From Clostridiales bacterium UBA1740 (GTDB lineage Bacteria > Bacillota > Clostridia > Oscillospirales > CAG-272), in the NCBI GenBank assembly GCA_002315715.1, contig DCHY01000029.1, positions 1-48,178 of the forward strand: 48,178 nucleotides of DNA, given 5' to 3'. This document shows, one piece after another, positions 16,620 to 25,060 of the stretch. The translations under genes were made by a program, and so were the position numbers. Numbering within the stretch: position 1 is the stretch's first letter; the number at the start of each line of letters is the position of its first letter. The notes under the pieces were generated by a model that searched no databases, was not told the DNA's origin, and saw only the letters and a list, made by a program, of their open reading frames with translations.

Positions 16620-17482
16620 GAGGCATCCCCAAACGTCACCGCGGCATACGTTCCGTTTTCTTTTCGGATGCCGACGTACACGTCAAACACCCCGAGCGCC
16701 GCAAAGGGGGCAAGGGTCGGTTTTTGTCGTATCTCTTCCATATCGGCGGCGTGTGCCGACGCCAAGAGCGGAACGCCGCATTTGGAAAAAGCGAGAAGTC
16801 CCGCCGCTTCTTTTTCTCCCCCGACCTCGTCGAGGACGATAACCTCGGGAGACAGGGTGCGCACCGCAATTTCCAGTCCTTTTTCCCGTTGATACCCCGA
16901 GAGGATGTCCACCGTCGTGCCACGAAAAAAGGAGGGCGGAAACTCAAAGCGCTCGTCAATGACTGCCACGCGCTTTGCCTGTTTGCCGCTGCCGAGCGTC
17001 CGTGCCAAAGCTTTGAGCGCCGTCGTCTTGCCGATGCCGGGGGCGGAATAGACGAGCATTCCCGCTTTTGCACCCTGCCAAGCCGAGAGAAGTGCGTCGA
17101 GCGTGTCGCAGGTGTCGTGGGGAATGCGAAAATTCAACCCACGCATCTCCGAAATGCCGACGAGAACACCGCCGACGTACCGCGCCGTTCCGACAACGCC
17201 CACGCGCACCCCCTCATCAAAAGGCAAATATCCCTCCGCCATCGCATCGCGGTAGGCATATAGCGACCCGTGTGTGAGTTTTTCTACGGTGTCGTTCAAC
17301 TCTTCTTTTGATATTTGCGCTTGCAAAAGCAGATTGTTCCCGTCAAGAACGACGTTTGACGCCCCCGGCGTTCGCAGACGAATCTCCGAGAGCCGTTCAA
17401 AAAAGCGCGCGTGTGACAGGGAAATGCGCTCGATTTCCCTTGCCGCGTCTTGCGGCAAAACCGACAGAATCCTTTTTATCAT
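16616..17482 (-). CDS. spoIIIAA: Stage III sporulation ATPase AA
   Basis: EIRLR, HGSLYAY, RVGVVG, Walker A APGIGKTT, IDER, RTLSPEVIVLDE, SAH. Confidence 0.9.
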   Translation of the reverse strand: MIKRILSVLPQDAAREIERISLSHARFFERLSEIRLRTPGASNVVLDGNNLLLQAQISKEELNDTVEKLTHGSLYAYRDAMAEGYLPFDEGVRVGVVGTARYVGGVLVGISEMRGLNFRIPHDTCDTLDALLSAWQGAKAGMLVYSAPGIGKTTALKALARTLGSGKQAKRVAVIDERFEFPPSFFRGTTVDILSGYQREKGLEIAVRTLSPEVIVLDEVGGEKEAAGLLAFSKCGVPLLASAHAADMEEIRQKPTLAPFAALGVFDVYVGIRKENGTYAAVTFGDAS

Positions 17483-17571
17483 TGGTTTTTCCTTTCTTAA
17501 AAAATCCGTTGTTTACCTTTTCAAAAATTGACAAATTTTAACAATTTATTGGAAATATTTTCAAAAAGCGA

Positions 17572-17609
17572 TTGACTTCAAAGAAAAAAAGTGGTATAAT
17601 CGTGGCGAA
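17572..17609 (+). promoter_or_regulatory. SigmaA promoter of abrB with a Spo0A box over the predicted start site
   Basis: TTGACT-17-TATAAT (TG extension), then TGGCGAA (TGNCGAA) at 17603-17609. Confidence 0.7.
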
Positions 17610-17628
17610 TCCAAAAGGGAGGGTTAAG

Positions 17629-17874
17629 ATGAAAGCTACGGGAATTGTACGTAACATTGACGAACTCGGAAGACTTGTCATTCCGAAGGAAATGCGTCGC
17701 AGCATGGATATCGGGACGGACGATCCGATGGAAATCTTCGTGGATGAAGATAAGATCGTTTTGAAGAAGTATGAACCGACCTGCATTTTCTGCGGCGAGA
17801 GTGAAAACGTCATTCTCTTCCGTGAGAAGCGCATTTGCGCAAATTGTATCCATGAGTTGTGTCATGGGAAATAA
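17629..17874 (+). CDS. abrB: AbrB-family transition-state regulator
   Basis: MKATGIVRNIDELGRLVIPKEMRR plus C-terminal CIFCG...CANC; GGGAGG RBS. Confidence 0.9.
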   Translation: MKATGIVRNIDELGRLVIPKEMRRSMDIGTDDPMEIFVDEDKIVLKKYEPTCIFCGESENVILFREKRICANCIHELCHGK

Positions 17875-17926
17875 GTTATTTCAATATATGTATTTATGAC
17901 TCATCATATGAGAGAAAGGAAAACCA

Positions 17927-18946
17927 ATGAAAGTTATTACATTTGGTGAAATCATGCTCCGTCTGGCGCCCGAAGGATACCTTCGCTTTACGCAGGCGGA
18001 CAAATTCGGAGTCGTTTACGGCGGTGGAGAGGCAAACGTTGCCGTTTCTCTTGCCAACTACGGTGTTGACGCCGCATACGTAACCAAACTCCCGAAACAC
18101 GAAATCGGTCAGGCTGCCGTCAATGCGCTTCGCCGTTTCGGTGTTGACACCTCCATGATCGTCAGAGGCGGCGACCGTGTCGGTATCTATTTTAATGAGA
18201 AAGGTGCATCTCAGCGTCCTTCGAAAGTCATCTACGACCGCGCGCACTCCGCTATCGCAGAAGCAAAACCCGAGGATTTTGATTGGAAAAAGATTTTTGA
18301 CGGTGCCGATTGGTTCCATTTCACCGGCATTACGCCCGCTTTGAACCCCACCGTTGCCGCTATCTGCCTTGACGCTTGCAAAGCGGCAAAAGAGCAGGGC
18401 GTGAAGATTTCCTGCGACCTCAACTTCAGAAAGAAACTCTGGTCGAGAGAACAAGCCAAAGAAACGATGAGCGAACTTTGCAAATACGTTGACGTTTGCA
18501 TTTCCAACGAGGAAGATGCACACGACGTCTTCGGTATCGATGCCGAAAACACCGATATCGCCGGCGGTAAACTCAACCAGGACGGCTACAAGTCCGTAGC
18601 GCGTCAGCTTGCCGAGAAATTCGGTTTTGAAAAGGTTGCCATCACCCTTCGTTCTTCCATCAGCGCCAACGACAACGATTGGCAGGCTCTTCTTTACGAC
18701 GGAAAAGAATACTGCTTCTCCAAGAGTTATCATATGCACATCGTTGACCGCGTCGGCGGCGGCGACAGCTTCGGCGGCGGTTTGATTTACGCTTGCCTCA
18801 ACGGTTACTCCACGCAGGATGCCGTTGAATTCGCCGTAGCGGCTTCTTGTCTCAAACATTCGATTGAAGGCGACTTCAACCTCGTGTCCGTTGACGAAGT
18901 ACGCGCTCTTGCCGGCGGTAACGGTACCGGCCGTATCCAGAGATAA
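17927..18946 (+). CDS. kdgK: 2-dehydro-3-deoxygluconokinase (PfkB family)
   Basis: FGEIMLRL, GGGEANVA, YDRAHS, DLNFRKKLW, DRVGGGDSF. Confidence 0.85.
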   Translation: MKVITFGEIMLRLAPEGYLRFTQADKFGVVYGGGEANVAVSLANYGVDAAYVTKLPKHEIGQAAVNALRRFGVDTSMIVRGGDRVGIYFNEKGASQRPSKVIYDRAHSAIAEAKPEDFDWKKIFDGADWFHFTGITPALNPTVAAICLDACKAAKEQGVKISCDLNFRKKLWSREQAKETMSELCKYVDVCISNEEDAHDVFGIDAENTDIAGGKLNQDGYKSVARQLAEKFGFEKVAITLRSSISANDNDWQALLYDGKEYCFSKSYHMHIVDRVGGGDSFGGGLIYACLNGYSTQDAVEFAVAASCLKHSIEGDFNLVSVDEVRALAGGNGTGRIQR

Positions 18947-18950
18947 TTCA

Positions 18951-19051
18951 AAAGCGGCGAATTTGAACCCGTCTTTGCCGTTTTCGCCCGTTGACGTACG
19001 CCGTACGCCCTCGGTCGAGAGTGACAAATCGAAGTTCATCTTCGCCGCTTT
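18951..19051. repeat. 101-nt imperfect palindrome (REP-like or structured 3' element)
   Basis: AAAGCGGCGAA / TTCGCCGCTTT ends, internal TGAAC/GTTCA and TTTG/CAAA, apical CGTAC-GCC-GTACG. Confidence 0.6.
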
Positions 19052-19111
19052 CCCGTTGAAAAAAGAAAATCCGAAGAAAAAGAATTTCCCCGAATTTCCT
19101 CTAAAAATCTA

Positions 19112-19140
19112 TTGACAAAAAGAAAATAGTTTGTTATAAT
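19112..19140 (+). promoter_or_regulatory. SigmaA promoter of tRNA-Thr
   Basis: Perfect TTGACA-17-TATAAT with TG extension. Confidence 0.9.
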
Positions 19141-19160
19141 AGCATACGCGTAAAGCAAAT

Positions 19161-19236
<76 letters not shown>

Positions 19237-19241
19237 GACAA

Positions 19242-19272
19242 CCCCACGGTTTTTCCGTGGGGCTTTGGTTTT
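19242..19272 (+). terminator. Terminator after tRNA-Thr
   Basis: CCCCACGG / CCGTGGGG stem followed by a T-rich tail. Confidence 0.7.
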
Positions 19273-19338
19273 ATATGGGGATTTTTTGTTTCTTTTATGC
19301 TATAATAGTTACGGAAGAAAACGAAAGGGAGAATCAAT

Positions 19339-22197
19339 ATGAAAGTCGGAGATAAACTGCACGGATTTACGGTGACGAGAATCCGAACGCCAAAGGAACT
19401 CGATGCCGAAATGATCGAAATGGAATACGATAAAACGGGGACACAACTCGTTTTTCTCAAGCGTGACGACGACAACCGTTCGTTCGGCATCGCTTTTCGC
19501 ACGGTGCCGGAAGACAGCACCGGCGTTTTCCATATCATCGAGCACTCGGTCCTTTGCGGTTCCCAAAAATACCCGGTCAAAGAACCGTTCGTCGAACTGC
19601 TCAAAAGTTCCCTCAATACATTCTTGAACGCCATGACCTACAACGACAAGACCGTCTACCCGGTTGCCTCGCGCAACGAGCAGGACTTCTTCAATCTCGT
19701 GGACGTGTATATGGATGCGGTGCTTCACCCCGCCATTCTCCATACCCCCGAGATTTTCAAACAGGAGGGCTGGCATTATGAAATCGACGCCGACGGCAAT
19801 CCCTCGGTTTCGGGTGTCGTCTTTAATGAAATGAAGGGCGCCTATTCTTCGGTCGAGGATTACACCGAAGAGAAAATCATGTCGCTTTTGTTTCCGGATA
19901 CCTGCTACGGAAAAGACTCGGGCGGCGATCCCGCCGTCATTCCCGATTTGACGTACGAAGGATTTCTTGCGGCACATAAAAAGTTTTATCATCCCTCAAA
20001 CGCCCGCATTTTTGCGGACGGCAACGTGGATATCGAAAGACTGCTTTGCTTGCTCGACGGGTTTCTTTCTCCCTACGAAAAAGAAGCCCCTTTGCCCGAA
20101 ATCCCCCTTCAAACCCCCGTCAAACCTGTAGAACGTGTGCTTCCCTATGAGATTTCCGACAAAGATACCGAGGGAAAAGTGCGCGTCGTATTCGGATATC
20201 TCGGTTTTCCTTACACCGAAAAACGCACCCATTTTGCCCTGTCCGTCATTGCGTCGGTGCTCGCCGGAACCAACGAGTCGCCCTTGAAAGCCGCGCTCTT
20301 AAACCGCGGTTTGTGCGAGGACGTCGATATGCAGATCGCGACCGGCACGAATCAGTCCTATTTCACGATAGAAGTTGTCAATACCGAAGAATCCAAAATC
20401 CCCGAAATCGAAAAAGTCATCGGGGAAGTCTTGACGGAGGCGGCTTCTCACCTCGATGAAAAGCGTCTTTCCGCCTGCCTTAATCAACGCGAATTCTTCC
20501 TGCGTGAGCGTGACTTCGGCACCGATCCCCGCGGCATCGTCTTCGGACTTTCGATGCTCGAAAGCTGGCTGTACGGCGGCGATCCCATCGAAGGATTGAT
20601 TTTCGACGAAGACCTCAAATTTCTGCGCGCCCATCTTTCGGACGGCTATTTTGAAGAACAACTGAAGCGCGCCTTTCTCGATAATCCTTCTCGCGTCAAA
20701 CTCACCCTTTTCCCCTCCGCCACCTTGGCAGAGGAACGCAAAGAGGAGGAACTTTCGCGTCTTTCTTCCCGTCTGTCTCCCTTGAATGACGAAAAAACAG
20801 CCGCGATTGTAGAGGCGGAAGAAGCGCTCAAAGCCTTTCAAAAAGCCCCGGATTCCCCCGCGGCGCTTGCCACTTTGCCGACTTTGAAACTGTCGGATCT
20901 CAATCCCATGCCCGACCGCTTGCCGATGGAAATTCAAACTTGCGACGGGCGCGACGTCCTCTTGCATGAAACGGCGACCGACGGCATTCTTTATGCCGAA
21001 ATCTATTTTGACGTTTCGGACGTGAAAACCGAGGACTTGCCGCTGTTGGCACCGCTTTGCGCTCTTCTCGGAAACGTCAAAACCGATCGTCATACCGCGC
21101 TTGAACTGCAAGATTTGATCACTTCCGAACTCGGCTTCTTCTCGTTTTTGCCGCTTGCCAATGCCAAAAACGGGGAAGCGGATAAGGCGAAAATCTATTT
21201 GCAAATGACCGCCGGCATTCTCGAAAACAAGGTCGACAGTCTTCTCACTATCCTCGATGAGGTCATTTCAGGCTCCCTGCCCACCCTCGACGATCTCAAA
21301 AAGATTATTAAGCAAATGAAGATTGCCGGCGAAGAATATCTCGCGACCGCAGGGCACCAAGTGGCGCTCGGCAGAATTCAAAGTTATCTGACGGCAGAGG
21401 GCTTCGCCTCGGAACAGATTCGCGGTTTTGACGCCACCCTTTGGCTCTCGAAACTCAAAGACAAAGACTTAGAGGGCGTCCTTGTCCGCATCAAGGATAT
21501 GATGGCAAAATTCTTCACCAAAGAGCGCGCCACCGTCAGTTTGACGGGACGTTGCGAGCAAAAATGCGCCGAGCGCCTCCTTGACGTGCTTCACAAAGCC
21601 CCCTATTCTCCCGTCTATTTCACCGAGAAAAAAAGCGGCGTATGTCACGAAGGCATCGTTGCCGCGGCACAGACGTCTTTTGCCGTTCTCGGCGGCTATT
21701 CTCCCGACTATCACGGTGCCCTTGCCGTCCTTCATAATCTTTGTTCCTACGAATATCTTTGGAACAAAGTGCGCGTGCAAAACGGTGCCTACGGATCGGG
21801 ATTCATCGCCCGTGCCTCGGGACTTCTTGCCGATTACAGCTATCGCGATCCCAAACCGCAAAACTCGCTTTCGGTTTATCGCGGGATGACCGATTTTGTG
21901 CGTGAGTACGTCAAAGACAACGATTTTTCGCGATTCGTCATCGGCGCTTCGGCACAAACTCCGCTCTCTCCCCGTATGATGGGAACGGTTGCCAACATTC
22001 GCTACTTCCGCGGCATCACGTTTGAGATAGAATGCGAATATCGTAAACAATTATTAGCAACAACGAAGGAAAATCTGCTTTCTTGTGCCGATTTAATTGA
22101 TAAAGCCTTCGCCGACGGCCACGTCGCCGTCGTCGGCCCGAGAGCCGCACTTTCTGCCATCCCCGAAAAACTTGAACTGTTATCTCTTGCGAAATAA
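19339..22197 (+). CDS. M16C (insulinase/presequence-protease-like) zinc metallopeptidase
   Basis: Inverted zincin HIIEH, CGSQKYPVKEPF, LNAMT, VFNEMKG, YHPSN, VRVQNGAYG, SYRDP. Confidence 0.92.
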   Translation: MKVGDKLHGFTVTRIRTPKELDAEMIEMEYDKTGTQLVFLKRDDDNRSFGIAFRTVPEDSTGVFHIIEHSVLCGSQKYPVKEPFVELLKSSLNTFLNAMTYNDKTVYPVASRNEQDFFNLVDVYMDAVLHPAILHTPEIFKQEGWHYEIDADGNPSVSGVVFNEMKGAYSSVEDYTEEKIMSLLFPDTCYGKDSGGDPAVIPDLTYEGFLAAHKKFYHPSNARIFADGNVDIERLLCLLDGFLSPYEKEAPLPEIPLQTPVKPVERVLPYEISDKDTEGKVRVVFGYLGFPYTEKRTHFALSVIASVLAGTNESPLKAALLNRGLCEDVDMQIATGTNQSYFTIEVVNTEESKIPEIEKVIGEVLTEAASHLDEKRLSACLNQREFFLRERDFGTDPRGIVFGLSMLESWLYGGDPIEGLIFDEDLKFLRAHLSDGYFEEQLKRAFLDNPSRVKLTLFPSATLAEERKEEELSRLSSRLSPLNDEKTAAIVEAEEALKAFQKAPDSPAALATLPTLKLSDLNPMPDRLPMEIQTCDGRDVLLHETATDGILYAEIYFDVSDVKTEDLPLLAPLCALLGNVKTDRHTALELQDLITSELGFFSFLPLANAKNGEADKAKIYLQMTAGILENKVDSLLTILDEVISGSLPTLDDLKKIIKQMKIAGEEYLATAGHQVALGRIQSYLTAEGFASEQIRGFDATLWLSKLKDKDLEGVLVRIKDMMAKFFTKERATVSLTGRCEQKCAERLLDVLHKAPYSPVYFTEKKSGVCHEGIVAAAQTSFAVLGGYSPDYHGALAVLHNLCSYEYLWNKVRVQNGAYGSGFIARASGLLADYSYRDPKPQNSLSVYRGMTDFVREYVKDNDFSRFVIGASAQTPLSPRMMGTVANIRYFRGITFEIECEYRKQLLATTKENLLSCADLIDKAFADGHVAVVGPRAALSAIPEKLELLSLAK

Positions 22198-22198
22198 C

Positions 22199-22230
22199 AA
22201 AGAGGCAACCCACACGGGTTGCCTCTTTTT
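22199..22230. terminator. Bidirectional terminator
   Basis: AAAGAGGCAACCC / GGGTTGCCTCTTT between convergent genes. Confidence 0.85.
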
Positions 22231-22242
22231 ATGGAATAAACT

Positions 22243-22752
22243 TTAAGCTTTTGCATTGCCGCTTGCTTCTTTGAGGGCTTCATAGAAGTCGGTAAGGGCA
22301 GTCGTAGCGCGAACCTCGGCTGTGAAGACCGTCACGCGCACGGACAGATTCAAAACGATTTTGCCGTTCTCCGTTTTCGTTCGAACGGTGAAGCCGGAAG
22401 ATTCCGACAGATAAATCCATTCTCTCGCGGTTTCTCTTTCGATTTCAACCGATTGCGGAAACGATAAAGCGACCTTCATGGTGCTGTTATCGCCCTCGAT
22501 GGCGATTTGGATGAGCGACGACAGACAAACCGTGCGAAAGACCGACGTCAAAAACGCGGCGGCACGCGACGGAATCAAATGCACGAATCCACGGAAGGTG
22601 CCGACGGTGGACAACTCGAAAGCGCCCTCGTAATTCTCCTTCAAAAAACGGGAAACGGCATCTTTGAAATCCTCCGTACCGACGGCGCGAAAGGTCGTTT
22701 CGCGCAGCGGCGAACGGTAGAGATTGTCCGCTTTGATTTTTTGTTTTTTCAT
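22243..22752 (-). CDS. Hypothetical protein (possible degenerate HATPase/GHKL-like fold)
   Basis: 169-aa ORF starting 3 nt after the upstream lipoprotein stop and ending at a terminator. No recognisable catalytic motif. Confidence 0.7.
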   Translation of the reverse strand: MKKQKIKADNLYRSPLRETTFRAVGTEDFKDAVSRFLKENYEGAFELSTVGTFRGFVHLIPSRAAAFLTSVFRTVCLSSLIQIAIEGDNSTMKVALSFPQSVEIERETAREWIYLSESSGFTVRTKTENGKIVLNLSVRVTVFTAEVRATTALTDFYEALKEASGNAKA

Positions 22753-22755
22753 ATT

Positions 22756-23856
22756 TCACCCGATATCCGCATAGGACAGAGAAGATAGAACGGTCGTTCC
22801 TTGCGCACTCTTGAGAAGTTCGGCTTTTTTCTCGGCGAGCTGCTTTCCGCAATAATCGGCGATGTACGTTTCCATGACACGGTCGCGGTTTTGTTCGAGA
22901 TAATTCTCCGGCTTGTGCATACGGTAAATGAAGAAAAACCCGTCGAAAGCGTCGCTGACGATTTCGTGCAGGTCCGAAACCTCCCCGTCACACAGCGAAA
23001 GGACGACGTCGGTCACGCCGGAATACGAGACGTTGTCGAGCGAATACGCCGTGATGATCTCCCCGGCCTTGACGTCCGCTTCCGCCATGTTGTTCACTTG
23101 ACCCAACAGGTACGTTCCGATGGTTTCGTCTTGAACGTCGGGGAGCGAGTCGGTCTCGGTGATCGATTCGATGTGGTCTTTGATTTTATCAATGCGAGTC
23201 GGATTGTCTAGGGCTACGGCACGGTCAAAATATACGAAAAGCATGCGGGCGGTGGATTCGTCTTCAAAAAACGCGGCGAGTTCTTCGCCACTCGGCGTCA
23301 AGTTGCCGAGCCCTTCGCCAAGACCGCTGTAATGCTCGGACAGAACCGTGAGCCCTATCGAGTAGCGGAAAAGCAGGTCCGAAACGGCGTAGTTGCCGCC
23401 GGCGGCCTTCAAATTTGACAGATAGTCGTCATAGGATTCAAAACCCTCGTAATACTCGCCGTTGTAGGTGCCGCCTTCCACGTTGACCGTCAGAAGTTCT
23501 TCGACCATTTTGTCTACGTCTTTGCCGTAAAGGTCAATGGAAAGTTCGTCACAGAGGGCAAATACGGCGTATATTTCACTCACCCGGTCAAGGATAAGCG
23601 CGTTCATTTTTTCAATATACGTTGCGGCGTTTTCTCCCGTCCAAACCGCACGGTCGCCGCCGTCGATACTGTCTCGATACGTGAGGAAAAACAGACGGTA
23701 GAGTTCGTATTTGACGTCGTACGTCTTTTTTCCGTTTTTCAGTTCATAGACGACTCTCGATTCTTCTTTGGTGCTCTTTTGCGCTTTGTATTTCGTGCAC
23801 GAGGCAAAGGAAAAGACAAAAGCCGCAGCTAATAGCAGCGCGAGGATTTTTTTCAT
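22756..23856 (-). CDS. PrsA/SurA-like lipoprotein with a degenerate parvulin domain
   Basis: MKKILALLL...FSFASC lipobox after a GAGGA RBS, a helical N-domain, and VLSLCDGEVSDL...GFFFIYR resembling the parvulin C-terminal motif. Confidence 0.65.
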   Translation of the reverse strand: MKKILALLLAAAFVFSFASCTKYKAQKSTKEESRVVYELKNGKKTYDVKYELYRLFFLTYRDSIDGGDRAVWTGENAATYIEKMNALILDRVSEIYAVFALCDELSIDLYGKDVDKMVEELLTVNVEGGTYNGEYYEGFESYDDYLSNLKAAGGNYAVSDLLFRYSIGLTVLSEHYSGLGEGLGNLTPSGEELAAFFEDESTARMLFVYFDRAVALDNPTRIDKIKDHIESITETDSLPDVQDETIGTYLLGQVNNMAEADVKAGEIITAYSLDNVSYSGVTDVVLSLCDGEVSDLHEIVSDAFDGFFFIYRMHKPENYLEQNRDRVMETYIADYCGKQLAEKKAELLKSAQGTTVLSSLSYADIG

Positions 23857-23881
23857 ATCGTTCCTCTTTGTTTTTTTCTTT

Positions 23882-23910
23882 ATTCTACCATAAATCCCCC
23901 GTAAAATCAA
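23882..23910 (-). promoter_or_regulatory. SigmaA promoter of the lipoprotein operon
   Basis: Minus strand TTGATT-17-TAGAAT with TG extension. Confidence 0.6.
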
Positions 23911-23979
23911 TAAGAACCGCAAAGTGCCGATACGGGTGCCAAAAGAAACCGAAAATCGCAAGATTTTTTTCGTGAAAAA

Positions 23980-24008
23980 TTGCAAAAACCGAAAAACTGT
24001 GTTACAAT
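23980..24008 (+). promoter_or_regulatory. SigmaA promoter of hprK
   Basis: TTGCAA-17-TACAAT with TG extension. Confidence 0.65.
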
Positions 24009-24033
24009 GAAAAAAAAGAAAGCGGAGGATAGT

Positions 24034-24969
24034 ATGGAAGCACTGTATCAAGTTCCTGTTTCCAAAGTCATTGAAGAATTTCATCTGGAAACCTTTTATT
24101 TGCCGGATAAACCCGAGAAAATCATGGTGTCCTGCGCCCGTGTCAACCGTCCCGGCTTACAGTTGTCGGGGTTTTACGATTATTACGAAGCGGCGCGTCT
24201 GCAGATTATCGGCAGAGTCGAAAGCCTTTTTCTCGAGCAAATGGAGACCGAAGAGCGCAAGAAGAATCTTGACGATTTCTTCCATTCCGCTCCCGTCGGC
24301 GTCATCGTCACGTCGAGTCTTCCCGTCCCCGACGATATGATTTTTTATGCCAAAAAATACGGTATTCCCGTACTCCGTACCGCGGAACGTTCTTCGGAGT
24401 TTATGGCGGCGCTCATCTCGTATCTGAACGTCGAACTCGGTCCGCGCATCACCCGCCACGGCGTACTCGTTGAAGTCTACGGCGAGGGCGTCTTGCTCCT
24501 CGGCGATTCCGGCATCGGTAAGAGCGAAACCGCTATCGAACTCGTTAAGCGCGGCCACCGTCTGATTGCTGACGACGCCGTCGAAATCAAACGCGTTTCC
24601 GCCACCACTCTGATTGGCAAAGCCCCCGAGATGATTCGCCACTACGTGGAACTGCGCGGCGTCGGTATCGTCGACGTTCGGCGTCTGTTCGGTATGGGCT
24701 CCATCAAAGACACCGAAAAAATCGACCTTGTGATCAAACTTGAAAGCTGGCAGAAAGATAAAATGTACGACCGCCTCGGACTTGACGAGGAGACGACCGA
24801 CATTCTCGGCATTCCGATTCCGACCATCGTCATCCCCGTTTCCCCCGGACGAAACCTTTCGGTCGTCATCGAGGTTGCCGCCATGAACCAGCGTCAAAAA
24901 CGCATGGGTTACAACACGGCACAGGAATTCAACAACCGCCTCGTCGAATCCTACGCCGCAAAAGACTGA
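24034..24969 (+). CDS. hprK: HPr(Ser) kinase/phosphorylase
   Basis: NRPGLQLSGF, HGVLVEVYGEG, Walker A GDSGIGKSE, LIADDAV, ELRGVGI, PGRNL; GGAGG RBS. Confidence 0.96.
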   Translation: MEALYQVPVSKVIEEFHLETFYLPDKPEKIMVSCARVNRPGLQLSGFYDYYEAARLQIIGRVESLFLEQMETEERKKNLDDFFHSAPVGVIVTSSLPVPDDMIFYAKKYGIPVLRTAERSSEFMAALISYLNVELGPRITRHGVLVEVYGEGVLLLGDSGIGKSETAIELVKRGHRLIADDAVEIKRVSATTLIGKAPEMIRHYVELRGVGIVDVRRLFGMGSIKDTEKIDLVIKLESWQKDKMYDRLGLDEETTDILGIPIPTIVIPVSPGRNLSVVIEVAAMNQRQKRMGYNTAQEFNNRLVESYAAKD

Positions 24970-24977
24970 CAACCGCG

Positions 24978-25012
24978 AAAAGGGCAGACAAACCGTCTGC
25001 CTTTTTCTTTTT
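24978..25012 (+). terminator. Terminator after hprK
   Basis: GGCAGAC / GTCTGCC stem followed by TTTTTCTTTTT. Confidence 0.8.
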
Positions 25013-25013
25013 G

Positions 25014-25042
25014 TTCTATCGTTTTTTCTTTCTTCATAAAAT
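25014..25042 (+). promoter_or_regulatory. Candidate sigmaE promoter of the SPOCS/LysM gene
   Basis: TTCTATC-14-CATAAAAT. The -10 is good; the -35 has one mismatch. Confidence 0.4.
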
Positions 25043-25060
25043 GAAGCAAAGGAGAGCTAT

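Noticed and set aside
17894-19039. 381-aa minus-strand ORF
   Set aside because: Antisense to kdgK, which has clear family motifs. The ORF has no independent signal.
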